From NCBI GenBank assembly GCA_964247055.1, contig OZ176052.1, positions 2,945,001 to 2,978,000 of the forward strand: 33,000 nucleotides of DNA, read 5' to 3'. The stretch comes from Paragordius varius. Its lineage: Eukaryota > Animalia > Nematomorpha. Below, in pieces: positions 13,089-23,473 of this stretch (position 1 is the stretch's first letter; each line of letters opens with the position of its first letter). The position numbers and the translations under genes were made by a program. The notes under the pieces were generated by a model. It ran no database searches, was not told the origin of the DNA, and worked only from the letters and a program-made list of their open reading frames with translations.

Positions 13089-15547
13089 CATTGTCGTATT
13101 GTTTTTTTGACATTTTTTAGCCCAAGGGCCGTTTGGACCCTTTTTTAAACGCATAAAAGATTTAAATGTTTATTTATGAATTATATGCTTAAATTAAATA
13201 AATAATGAAATGTTTTAGCAAATAAGTAATTTAACTAAATTTATAAAACTTAAATATATTAAGAAGACTTCCTAAATTTTAAAAATAAGATATATGTGTA
13301 TGTCTAACTTTTAAAATGGTATCAATACATCTTACACATACTTGACTTATTTGATTTTATCAGGCATAAGGTCGTCAACGACCCCAATTTTAATTGGAAA
13401 ACACTTGAACATTATTTGTATTCAATTCGAGTGTTTTTGAAAAATAGGAATTTACCATTTCATATATGTTTTAACAGTGAGAACCTTTTTGCAGGAATCG
13501 CACAATTTTAACACTTCGATTCAAATTGGAGTATGTATACCCCAGACTAAATTTAAGTTAGAATTTTTAAAAAACTACTAAAAGAAACTGTCCCAATTTG
13601 AATTTACGCTTCTATACTAATAAAAATTATATAAATATGCCAAAATATAAAATTTTATCTTTAAAAAAAGTTCCATGTTAAACTACTTCGACGCCATTTT
13701 TATTTTATAAAATTTTTGAAAATACGTCGTCACTTAATTTTAAGGGTAAAATTAAAGCTAATTTTTTATTTAAATTACATCTAACATTGATAGAAATAGA
13801 AAAAGCGGTTTATTTTATATTACTTTTTAATTTTACCATTTCACATATGTCAGGTTGACAAATTTTTACCTTTCAGTTTTAGCTTAAAATAAATAATATC
13901 GAGTATTTTTGAATAAATTTTTTTATATATTTCGGTTTATTAATGTTATATAAGTGCAAAATCTTGCCATGGTTTCGATTCCTTCAATATTTTTTAAAGT
14001 ACCCCAATTTGAATCGAAGGACTGAAATGAATGTGTTGTATCCAAGTGTTAAAATATATCATTTTAAATTGTAAAAAATAATTGGAGGTAATAATTGGAC
14101 AATAAATTTGGTCTTTATTAATTTTAAACGTCACCGGGTTATTTAAATTAATATATTTAAAGAAATTACATATAAAAAACCAGTCCCTGGTGAATATTTT
14201 TTTAAAATTAATATTCCATCACTCGCCCCAGCTTACTTTTTACAGTTTTAACTAATGTTTTATAAAATCTCGATTTTTATATAATATATATATATATATA
14301 TATATATTATACCATTTACAGTTCAAATTCACCCTTGAACAATTCAAATTCACCCTCGAACAATTCAAATTAACCCTAAAAATAAATTATGTGTTTTCGA
14401 ACTAATATAACTCATTATTAATATAAAATATATCTTTATGGCATGATTAATTATTTTTTTCAGTATTATTTTAATATAAAACAAAATTTTATTTTTTAAA
14501 AATATATTAAAATATAGGTAATTTTTAATTTTAAAAAACATGTTATTTATTTGAGGGTAAATTTAAATTGTTCGAGGGTGAATTTGAATTGTTCAAGGGT
14601 GAATTTGAATTGTTTAAGGGTGAATTTAAATTCTTTAAGGGTGAATTTATATTGTTTAAGGGTGAATTTGAACTGTAAATGGTATATATTATAGAATACT
14701 AACGGGTCAATTTCGTTTGTCACCAAAAATAACCGAATCTACAAAATTAAACTTACACCAGTTATTGATGAACGTCATTATTTGACCGAATTTACAACAG
14801 AATTTTATATGGGACGTATGAAAAGTATGTGCCTAGCCAAAAAAATAAGTTCGACAACTAATTTTAAAATAATAAAAAAAAAATGTTTTGTCGCATATCG
14901 CATATACAATTATATCGGCCAAATTTAAATACTGGAAATGATTTTTAACATTTTAAATGATAAAAATTTGTCATTTATAGTATACAACTCGGAAAGGTAT
15001 TTTGATGAACAACTACAGTAAAAATTTAAATTATACAAACAAAATGTGGTAATATAAAGATATTTTTTCTATAAGACAACCATACTTTTTAATCCTGATT
15101 TTTTTAAATATCACTCATTGTTTTAAAACTATAAGGTATGATATATGTAAATTGGTAACACATTATGTTTTTTACGATTGTAATCAAATGTTTTTTATGA
15201 GATAAATTAAAGTTTAAACAAGTATGGTTTTTTTTTGAAAAAAAATTTGTATTTATATTTTTCATTTTGTCCGAATAATTCCAATTTTTACTGTATTAGA
15301 TTTTCAATGAAAAGTTTTAATTAATAAAACACTTTTTTTTTAATAATTGGCTAAATTTGTATAAATTTTAGATTTCAATACTACATGGATTAATTTGGAT
15401 AATTTGGAAAATTTGGATTTAAGACAAGTCATCATTTTTTTTGCTAATCAATGTCAAATAATTAGAACCAATATATTTTGTGATGCTAGGCAAGCCAATG
15501 TAATGTTGGAAAATGATTATAATCCCATCTTCTATTCTATAGAATAG
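1160..15547 (+). CDS. Putative secreted glycoprotein (~348 aa): signal peptide, two tandem TGF-beta/activin-receptor-ectodomain-like (three-finger, CC-x4/5-CN) domains and a beta-rich C-terminal domain; join(1160..1223,1917..2016,2911..3047,3678..3810,7664..7821,8270..8418,14695..14824,15372..15547)
   Basis: Eight GT-AG exons with matching phases (1,2,1,2,1,0,1) total 1047 nt, i.e. 348 aa plus TAG. Two Cys repeats end CCNSHFCN and CCNNSQLCN; eight N-glycosylation sequons; AATAAA at 15557. Exons 2-5 are well supported; exon 1 and the exon 5-6 link are less certain. Confidence 0.65.
1917..2016 (+). CDS. Cys-domain gene exon 2 (FCHSKYSPFKYCQIPSHGYCYKEKFFNNTWDYG), N-half of domain 1
   Basis: aattag| acceptor, GG|GTAATA donor, G-x-C-Y...YG|C pattern shared with exon 4. 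Confidence 0.75.
2911..3047 (+). CDS. Cys-domain gene exon 3 (CINSSLEC...KQCCNSHFCNRIIKITFPM), C-half of domain 1
   Basis: aatag| acceptor, G|GTAAAC donor, CC-x4-CN motif; overlaps ORF 2927..3151. Confidence 0.8.
3678..3810 (+). CDS. Cys-domain gene exon 4 (IDVEGEDNKKQKLCLCTNCTGLAKHLCSTGLCYRKINALGVTYG), N-half of domain 2
   Basis: ataag| acceptor, GG|GTAAAA donor, CxCxxC...C...GxCY...YGC spacing like type I TGF-beta receptor ectodomains. Confidence 0.8.
3835..4073 (+). repeat. Dispersed repeat fragment, copy 1 (diverged copy at 5216..5477)
   Basis: Shared blocks tagccgttaatt..ggcctttatg.actaaaaatacg, agatgattccaaatattc, taagaagccatac. Confidence 0.8.
4369..4408. repeat. (TA)20 microsatellite
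   Basis: Read directly. Confidence 0.95.
4448..6047. mobile_element. Non-autonomous hAT (Buster/Charlie-like) DNA transposon
   Basis: TIRs CAGGGCTTCTTAAACT / AGTTTAAGAAGCCCTA (15/16); perfect 8-bp TSD ATGTAGAT at 4440-4447 and 6048-6055, fitting NNNTANNN; subterminal GGGGTCG motifs. Confidence 0.9.
5216..5477 (+). repeat. Dispersed repeat fragment, copy 2, inside the hAT element
   Basis: Homologous to 3835..4073. Confidence 0.8.
6611..7180. mobile_element. piggyBac-like MITE, copy 1
   Basis: TTAA at both ends, termini CACTTCGAT.../...ATCCAAGTG, subterminal inverted copy of the left end; three copies in window. Confidence 0.85.
7190..7648. mobile_element. Foldback/palindromic MITE-like element
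   Basis: Near-perfect inverted arms ~7283-7395 / ~7419-7537 with weaker outer arms; partial copy at ~26766-26863. Confidence 0.8.
7664..7821 (+). CDS. Cys-domain gene exon 5 (CTNDGFNFC...YCCNNSQLCNLDPHKIRLNDHQSFDL), C-half of domain 2; extends to TAA at 7835 if used as terminal exon
   Basis: atatcag| acceptor in phase 2, CC-x5-CN motif; overlaps ORF 7641..7835. Confidence 0.8.
8270..8418 (+). CDS. Cys-domain gene exon 6 (ASKFRVRKVRFERLTSNTTNTYNFKFVNWIGGTLRVQIFEIFSFGIRDEM)
   Basis: aacaatag| acceptor in phase 1, ATG|GTAATA donor, only one open frame, locally raised GC. Confidence 0.6.
8840..9655 (+). pseudogene. Inverted, internally deleted second copy of the same hAT transposase
   Basis: Colinear plus-strand fragments matching the reverse complement of ~9755-11190 (ICTLFNK.TCARTK; ctattcaaacagct.ctgatttgttacccct; LENNFIPL; KMFYTN; caaatataatttgacaaatt). 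Confidence 0.8.
9696..11525 (-). pseudogene. hAT transposase pseudogene
   Basis: Fragmented frames: Zn finger CPLC...HGGKHDITKH; HNHSFRSMDC...CARTKA; GCAAHIIHN (CxxH); CKTRWL; C-terminal LPGTNAATER...FSTVNQVW. In-frame stop and several frameshifts. Confidence 0.9.
11539..11808. repeat. 146-bp-period tandem duplication upstream of the transposase start
   Basis: Two copies of tattagtataa..ttaccttaattttctggaataaacgtgtaa..gatttgtggtattaa. Confidence 0.9.
12174..13041. mobile_element. ~870-bp foldback palindrome; TA-flanked, CAGT-ended, Tc1/mariner-type MITE-like
   Basis: Arms of ~400 bp nearly perfectly complementary around ~12605; set in TA repeats. Confidence 0.85.
13040..13085. repeat. (TA)23 microsatellite
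   Basis: Read directly. Confidence 0.95.
13512..14048. mobile_element. piggyBac-like MITE, copy 2
   Basis: TTAA flanks; homologous to 6611..7180 with a short internal deletion. Confidence 0.85.
14310..14684. mobile_element. TA-flanked MITE with TIR TACCATTTACAGTTCAAATTCACCCT and 21-bp subterminal tandem repeats
   Basis: Perfect TIR, repeat unit ttcaaattcacccttgaacaa on both arms. Confidence 0.88.
14695..14824 (+). CDS. Cys-domain gene exon 7 (NTNGSISFVTKNNRIYKIKLTPVIDERHYLTEFTTEFYMGRMK)
   Basis: attatag| acceptor in phase 0, 43 open codons, donor A|GTATGT (alternative C|GTATGA at 14815, same phase). Confidence 0.6.
15016..15293. mobile_element. Tc1/mariner-type MITE, copy 1
   Basis: TA-CAGTAAAAATT...AATTTTTACTG-TA; same family as 29334..29603. 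Confidence 0.75.
15372..15547 (+). CDS. Cys-domain gene terminal exon 8 (FNTTWINLDNLENLDLRQVIIFFANQCQIIRTNIFCDARQANVMLENDYNPIFYSIE*)
   Basis: ttttag| acceptor in phase 1, 57 open codons to TAG, AATAAA 10 nt downstream. Confidence 0.6.
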
Positions 15548-15556
15548 TTGTGAATT

Positions 15557-15562
15557 AATAAA
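15557..15562 (+). terminator. Candidate polyadenylation signal
   Basis: AATAAA just after the exon 8 stop; weak alone in AT-rich DNA. Confidence 0.35.
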
Positions 15563-18500
15563 TGTTTAAATATATTTATCTCTAGTATATTTATAAGAAA
15601 TACATGATTTTTTTCACAAATCTAAAGGATGAAAGTGATTGCACAATACTTTATAAAATATATAATTTAGATATCCCGATTATCATGTTGATTTTAGATT
15701 AGATTCTAAGTCAATTGTTTTTTATACGGTTTTAACGATTTAAACCTTAACCCAAGTGTTATGAGCAAAGTGTGTCCAAAAACTAATATTTATTTTGATT
15801 CCATGATTTAGCATATATATATTATATATATAAAACTCAAGTGAAACGGCTCTTTTGCATTTATTAAAACTGGCTCATTTTAAGGACAAAAATCAAAGTT
15901 ATATAGTTGTATAATTATAATTAATAATGGTACCCGAATATTCCGGTTTGTCTTTATTGACCAAAATTTAGCATTTTGTTTGCTAATTTTGGGATTTTCC
16001 GATATGTAATAATTCGATAAATTTGATAAATTCCTTAATTGAAGTAAACACTAAAGTCAAAAACATCATGAGAAGGGATTTAAAACCCTTGATTTTGTTG
16101 TTTGTATAGATACATTACAATTAAACTTTTTACTTGACCTCTCATTATTTTTCTACTTTCTTATAGATAAATACATGGGATGTTTATCTTCGTTAGTAAA
16201 AACTATATAAGATATAACGTTTTCAATATATTGCAAAAAGGATATAGAGTCATATAGTTTAAGGGAGAACGTCTTTGGTTTAAAATGAGGGTGTCCATAC
16301 AAATAGCTTTGAGGACCTCATCCAAAATATATTTAGGCATAAATATTTTTTAAATAAAATGCAAACACAATATAACAGTTTCAGGTTCGTTGCCTACTGG
16401 ATAAACTTATTCAGAAATTTGTTTTAAAAATATGAAAAGATTTTAGAAGCATATTGCAAATATTTCAAAATTCGCCGCACAAAATGCCTCTGAGTGCCGC
16501 ATGTGGACCGCGTGTACATCCCTTCTTAAAACCAGGTTGGATATAATAAAGCGAAAAACAAGCTTAAAACAAAAGACCATAGACAGAGTTCTATGCTCAT
16601 ACAGGTTGCATCAAATAACTCCCTTACTCGGGAAAACCTATAAATAAAAGGCATACCCATACATAAATTTATATGTCTAAAAATTGTTTTTTGGATATGA
16701 CCGAAATTCATGGAAAACATTTTATAATTAAATCAATGATATTTTTGCCATAATGAGATTTTTTATTTGCCAGGCTTTAAGGAAAACAAAAAATTCAAAA
16801 ATATTACGGATTTCCATTTTAAAAATTAGACATAAGATGCTAATTGTAAATGTGGCTAAATACATTCTATAATTTTATTGAGTAATGTTTGAATCGGGAA
16901 ACTACCCAAAATAAAGTAGTAAAAATTTAAGATTTTTAAAGATTAATAATCATTACCGTTCCCTCAAGAATTATTATTCGATTTTAAAATTAAAGATACT
17001 AGGCAAAATATTAAGAACATGCATTCTTTAGTCAAAGCGCATGAAATATAAAAATTTGAAATTAAAAATATATAATATTTTTTTCGTCGTTATTTTCTTT
17101 GGAGTTGTATTTTCCCAAGGAAAATGTAAATATTATAAAAAATATTTTCAGGATCGGGCCAAATTTAAAACATGCTTTCCTCATTTTAGGCGCATGACAC
17201 TTTTTTTAAAAAAATATAAAATTGTTAAAAAGCCTCATCTCATTTGGTCGCCATTTATACAACAGTCAAGTAAAATTATATTAGTAAAAAATAAAATAAT
17301 CAACTTTGTTAGCTATCAAAATCCATTTTACCAGAAAATTTTTGATATATATATATATATTGATTTTAATATCAGGTGTTTGCTTCTATCATGTTTTGAA
17401 GCCATTCGAAAGCATACAAGTTAGAAAACTGTAAAAAATTAAATTTATATCTAGTACACGGAAAGAGGATTGATATTAAATTTAAACCAAACAACTTTAA
17501 ACAGTAGTTTGTTAACTACTTTAATACTTCATGATCTTTTGGGGTAGTTATATATCCCAGAGAGAAAATTAAAAAAGGTATTGGGCTGAATTTGAAAAGT
17601 GCAGGCGCGTATATAAAATTAAAAATATTAAATTAAAAAATCCTCATACACTATTTCTTGCCACTGTAAATATTTTTACTCTTCATTACATCTTTTTTTA
17701 ACTTAGTTTATCTTTTGGGGTAGTTTTATATCCCAGAGATAAATTTTGTAAGACATTACAGTTTTAATTTTTAGTTAAATTTTTCTTTTCGAACATTGTG
17801 ATTATGTATTAGAAAAAAACTTATATTTTTAACAGTTGTGTGACTTCTTAAGTCTAAAAATGGGATAGTTCCGACGCACGATATAAACGAACAGCAGATA
17901 TCAAAATGTATCAAGTTTTAGCGGGTAATATGTAGCCTAAAATTTTGTAAAATAGTTTTTTATATATTTACTAACCAGAATATGCATTTATTTGCCTATT
18001 TTTAGCGTAAAAAACATGAAAAAACGGACGGTACAAAAAATAAAAATGATTTTTTTAATTTTTTAAAATAGTTATTGTATAATGCGCCAAAAATGATGAA
18101 GAAAGCTTAAATTCGGTTCAACTTAATCACTTTTTTAAGAATCTCGGACATAAACCAACCCTAAAAATATGTAAATCGCTAATGCAACAGGATAAATATA
18201 GATTATGGTTAGAAATTAAAAAAAATTTAATTTGAAAAGCTTTCGGGCTTCATTTTACCAGAAAAAACTGATATATTTTTATTGTAATACCAGTCTGTTT
18301 CAATCCTGTTTTGGAGCTATCCTATAAGTCACAAAAATGTAAAAAATATAAGCTTTTTTATCAAATACCTGACAACAATAATTGATAATTGAATTTTTGA
18401 TAAAATGAGACAGTAGTGTGGTTTATTTACAAAATTGAGTTTTAATATAAACCACCACAAAAGGTAAACTAGGGCAAAAAAGTCAAAAGTATTAAAGTGT

Positions 18501-18668
18501 TAATTGGTGTAATAAAAAGCAAATGTTTAAAATATAGATGATCTTTGAATTTGAAATATGCGTATATTTTCGTGGCGGTAAAATAACCAGATTACGCAAG
18601 TGCATTTTTGCTGAATTCGCATAGTTTCATAGCAAAATTAAGAACAGGTTAACTTTAGTTTCGGAAAA

Positions 18669-18788
18669 ATGCCGGATATGTCGTTTAATATTGAACAAGC
18701 GCAAAAACTTTTAGATTTCAATCAGAAATTGGACATAGGGCTTTTAGAAAATGTTATTAAAATTATGTACGGAGGCGATGGTGTGCAG
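18669..18788 (+). CDS. XPO1: XPO1 exon 1
   Basis: [40 protein letters not shown]. Confidence 0.9.
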
Positions 18789-21700
18789 GTTATTATTTAC
18801 CTAAAATGATACTTTGCTCAACATGCAATATAAAATATTTTCATTACAATATTTAGCAAAAAATGGCACAAGAGATTTTGACACGCCTAAAAGAACACCA
18901 GGATGCTTGGACCCGAGTAGATACCATACTTGAGTTTTCCACCAATCAAGAAACAAAATATTATGCGTTACAGATCCTTGAAAATACCATTAAACATAGA
19001 TGGAAAGCTCTGCCAAGAGCTCAATGTGATGGTAAAATTATATTATATATGCATTCTTTATATATAATTTTATATAAATTTATATTTTAGGTATAAAGCA
19101 ATACATTGTTGGTTTGATTATAAAAATCTCTTCGAATCCCGATATGTTGGAAAAGGAAAAGGTCTATTTGGGAAAACTAAACATCATATTAGTTCAAGTA
19201 AAAAATTTGTATTGCATGCTATTTTTAAAAATCATCATCGGATAAATACTACACTCCCCCTTTTTCTAAAAACTACAATCAAATGAATTTTTTAATCTCA
19301 TAAAATTATATAGAGAGATTTAAAATTTTTATTTAAAGAACTTCTAATTTAAGTTGATTGGACCATGAATAATACTAAATACAGCATTTTTTATAGTTAT
19401 TAAATTAACAATGCCTTTAAATATAATAATTGTTTTTATTGCATAGATTCTTAAAAAAGAATGGCCTCATAACTGGCCCAACTTCATTAGCGAAATAGTT
19501 GGAGCAAGCAGTACAAATGAATCTTTGTGCCAGAATAATATGATTATATTAAAGTTACTCAGGTATTAGATTAATTTTTTGCTATTAAGTAAATTTTTTA
19601 CCACAATTTAAAAGTCACTAAAATATTAGGGTTTAAGGTTAGGAAGTTTTATTCCATTTGGTTTACTATTTTTTGAAAACACTCTCCTATTAATATCTTA
19701 CAGATAAAGCAGAAGATAATTAAAAAAATATTATTAGGTTATGTCAATTTATTTTTTTATCCAAAAATAATCACTTTTATGAAAAGTTTTATGGCGTTTT
19801 TATATGCCGACCGATTATAATATTTGGATATATTTTAGCAAATCCTTTTTAAAAAAACTTTCTTATAATTATTAGCGAAGAAGTATTTGATTTTTCGTCC
19901 GGACAAATGACTCAAACAAAAGTACAACATCTGAAAGAGCACATGTGCAAAGAATTTATGCAAATATTTCAATTATGTCAAACTGTTTTGGTAAAATTAT
20001 CTTAATTTTTTGGTTAATAAATCACATAAATTGTTTATCTAAATTTTACGTAAACAATTATATTATATTAGGCTTTTTAATCGATATTGCCGTGTTTCAT
20101 ATTGAATTTCTAAGAAGTTCAAAGGCTGTTTATTTATTTTTTTCTAAAATAATATTAATTAGGGCCTACATTCAATTTATATCGAAATGCAAATTATTGT
20201 ACAAAAAATATTTAGAAACTTATATTTATGCTTTTAATTTTGATTTTCAGGACACATCTCAAAACGCGCCTTTAGTCTTATCGACACTAGATACGCTTTA
20301 TCGATTCCTTAGCTGGATACCGCTCGGTTACATTTTTGAAACGAAAATGATTGCAACCCTAATCCATAGAGTATACGACTTATATTCCATATTTTATAAA
20401 TTTTATTTATATAAATATTAAAGATGAATATAAAAAATAATTTATGTGATATGTTTTCTCAAAAATATTTTTTAATTTAATTTTTTTACTAATTTTTTGC
20501 TTTTATAAAGTCAAACCTCTTTAATTTGGATGGCTATGTTGCCTGCTGTGTCATTTTCAACACCATAAAAGCAGTTTTTGTCATTTCGATACATTTATAT
20601 ATTTTCATAGCCATGAAACCTTTGGGCAAAATATTAATTACATTTAAATATCCTAAGAATTAATCTATGTTTTTACCAAAAAACTAAACACTGAAATATA
20701 AAATTATTGAAGTTTTTGCTTTGAACCCAATAGTTGTTATTTATTAATTTACTTTTATGTAAATTATTTGAATTACAAATATTTTAATTGAATGTAAATT
20801 TATATTTAGTTTTTGATGGTACCGTTGTTCCGAAACATAACACTGAAATGCCTAACAGAAATCGGTATAACTCTCTTATATCATTTTTTAAAGCTACTCT
20901 AAAATCATTATTATATTTGACATATTATTCTATGACCACAGATAATTCCCAATTTCCTATCATTTGTTATAGTTACTTTAAAATTAATTTTTATTTGACA
21001 TGTTATTCTATGACCACAGATAATTTCTTAAATTATCTTGTTGACATTACATGATATAATGTTTAATTGACTCAAAATTAAGACATTTTAAATTAAATAA
21101 TTTTCGTAATTGGATCTATTCAATGAAAATGTAATGTGTATACATTAGTTAATAAATAGTTGTGTATCGCATTTATAAGCCTAATAAGCAAAGCACAACA
21201 TTAGTTTCAATTAATATTAAACAAATATATATTACCACTTTTTTCAATATGAATTTACTGTTATTTTAATTATATAATTAGTTTAAAGTTTTTTTTAGTT
21301 TAAATTGACTTGAATTATAAAATATTAACATCTGTATATGTCTATAGTTTCTTTGAATGATGCCCAATTTGATGAGCAATTACTTGTTTTGTATGTGGAA
21401 ACTATGGAGAAAATCAAAACGCTTATACCCATTTGTGGAGCTGACCTAGCCACGGCTTACAGCAAAGGAACTGATGATGAACAAAATTTCATACAGAATT
21501 TGAGTCTTTTCCTGGCTGCTTTTTTGAAAGAGCATGGTATATTAAATATACTTTTTTTCTTCTAATAGCGTTTTATTTAATAGATAAACGAATAATTAAT
21601 AGCTTATTGTGGTTATTATGTAACTCATTAAGATACTATTTATACTCTTCTCTTTATAAACTTTTTTGTTTTAATACATAGAGCGCGCCTAAAAACTAAT

Positions 21701-23435
21701 TGGCTTATGATGAATATCTAACACTTTTTAGTACAATCATAGTTTTATTTCATAGATTAAAGATAATTTAGCCGTGTTATAAGAATTTAGTATAATAATA
21801 TTTTATTTATGAATAAAACTATTATAAAATTATTTGGTTTTTATCAAGTATAATCAAAACTTTGTGTTTACCCTTTACATGTTGAAATATCACAATAAAT
21901 GATGTTCTAATTGATAAAATAAATTAAAAAAATGTAGAAAATAGGTTTGAAATTGAAAGCTGCGTTAGATACAAAGGTGCTACTTGATGTAGCCTTTTAT
22001 GATATAAAAAAATTAGAAAGCAATGGTTTCCGTAATTTTTCCCAAGCAATGGTTTCCATAATTTTTTCCCATAACAATTTAATAAATTATGAAAATATAG
22101 CGGAGTACCAAAAACCATTATAATTAAAATTTATCGCTTCACTTCATTTGCTTTGAGATTTTTTATCCCGATAAATTATATATATTACAATATTTAACTA
22201 TTGAAACTAAATTTTAACTTAAAATATGGCACACTATGACACACATATGGGCTATTAATAATTCTTCAAAAATATTTTTTTTAATTTTTCTAAAACCAAA
22301 GTTTTATATGATCACTTTTGAAATACCCAAAATATAAGGTATGATTACCAAAATGGTGATTTAAAAAACGGTTTCTTTGTAAAAAATATAGTTTTTACAT
22401 TATATATATGATTTAGTTTTTATATACTATTTACAATTCAAACTCACCCTCGAACAATTCAAATTCACCCTAAAAATAAATTATGTGTTCTCGGGCTAAT
22501 ATAACTCATCATTAAAATGAAATATATCCTAGTAGCATAGTGTATTATTTTCTCAGTATTATTTTAATTTTAAGCAAAATTTCATTTTTTAAAACATAAA
22601 AAATTTGAGTAATTTTTATTTTAAAAACGACTTAATTGATAATAGGGTAAGTTTGAAATGTTCGATGGGAAATCTGAAATGTTCGAGGGTAAATCTGATT
22701 TGTTTAAGGGTGAATTTTACACCTGTAAATGGTATATTTCATTAAAAATATGTATACTACTTTTTTTCTCATTTTATTACTTATTTTTTACTTTATAAAT
22801 GATAAAAAAGGTTCATTATTGGAGAAAAAAATAATGTTGGAAGAAGACAGCCAATCCAAATCACCCCCTGATGAAACATACTATCTGGCTTCAAATGGTG
22901 TCGATACTATACAAATACCCATGGGAAATAAATTGAAGGATGTTTTGATTCAAGTTTGCACTTTTATTTGACTCTATTACAAAAACTTTTTTTGTTTGTT
23001 ATTAATAAATTTATTTAAAGCCCTAATATAAGAAAATAAAAGACAGGAATATTTTAGATATGGAGAAAATTATTGATTTAGGTTTGCTTTTTCATATTTT
23101 TGCTTATAATGGTTTTTTTATCTACTGAACAGCATTTAAAGGCTAATTAGTAGGAAAAACTGATCATCAATCATTTTTCCGATTTTTAAATGAGGTCCAA
23201 GTTTTTAAGTTTTATTATAAATTTTATGTAGTCCCGAAAAATTTGTGGATTTTGAAACTCCTATAAAATCATTTTTTATTTTTCGAATATATTTGTAAAA
23301 TAATAGAGGATATAAAATAAATATTATAATTAATATTTAATTGGATAAATCAATTTAAACTTTTTTCTACAAAATGTTATGATGCGGATATAGTTATATT
23401 TTTCTTACAATCGGTGTAATTATGGAGAAACGTCA

Positions 23436-23473
<38 letters not shown>

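Noticed and set aside
14310-14684. Regular 21-bp repeats resembling a CRISPR array (also 32140-32745)
   Set aside because: Head-to-tail repeats without unique spacers, inverted on the two arms, no cas genes, eukaryotic context; these are MITE subterminal repeats.
7664-15547. Full TGF-beta receptor Ser/Thr kinase gene
   Set aside because: No TM, GS-box or kinase motifs were found downstream before XPO1.
16259-18360. ORFs 16526..16720 and 17041..17424; possible TTAA-GG (Kolobok-like) element; weak repeats (~17531/17711, ~17350/18270)
   Set aside because: Low-complexity I/K/F/Y translations with no convincing TIR or TSD pair; probably old repeat debris that I cannot delimit.
18648-18668. Acceptor-like ctttag 10 nt upstream of the XPO1 ATG (trans-splice site or UTR intron)
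   Set aside because: Cannot be told from chance without 5' transcript data.
19945-20421. 158-aa ORF, and ORFs 20788..21054, 27814..27996(-), 30064..30303, 31000..31221, 31317..31550
   Set aside because: Intron read-through, wrong-frame or antisense shadows of XPO1 exons, or MITE-internal frames.
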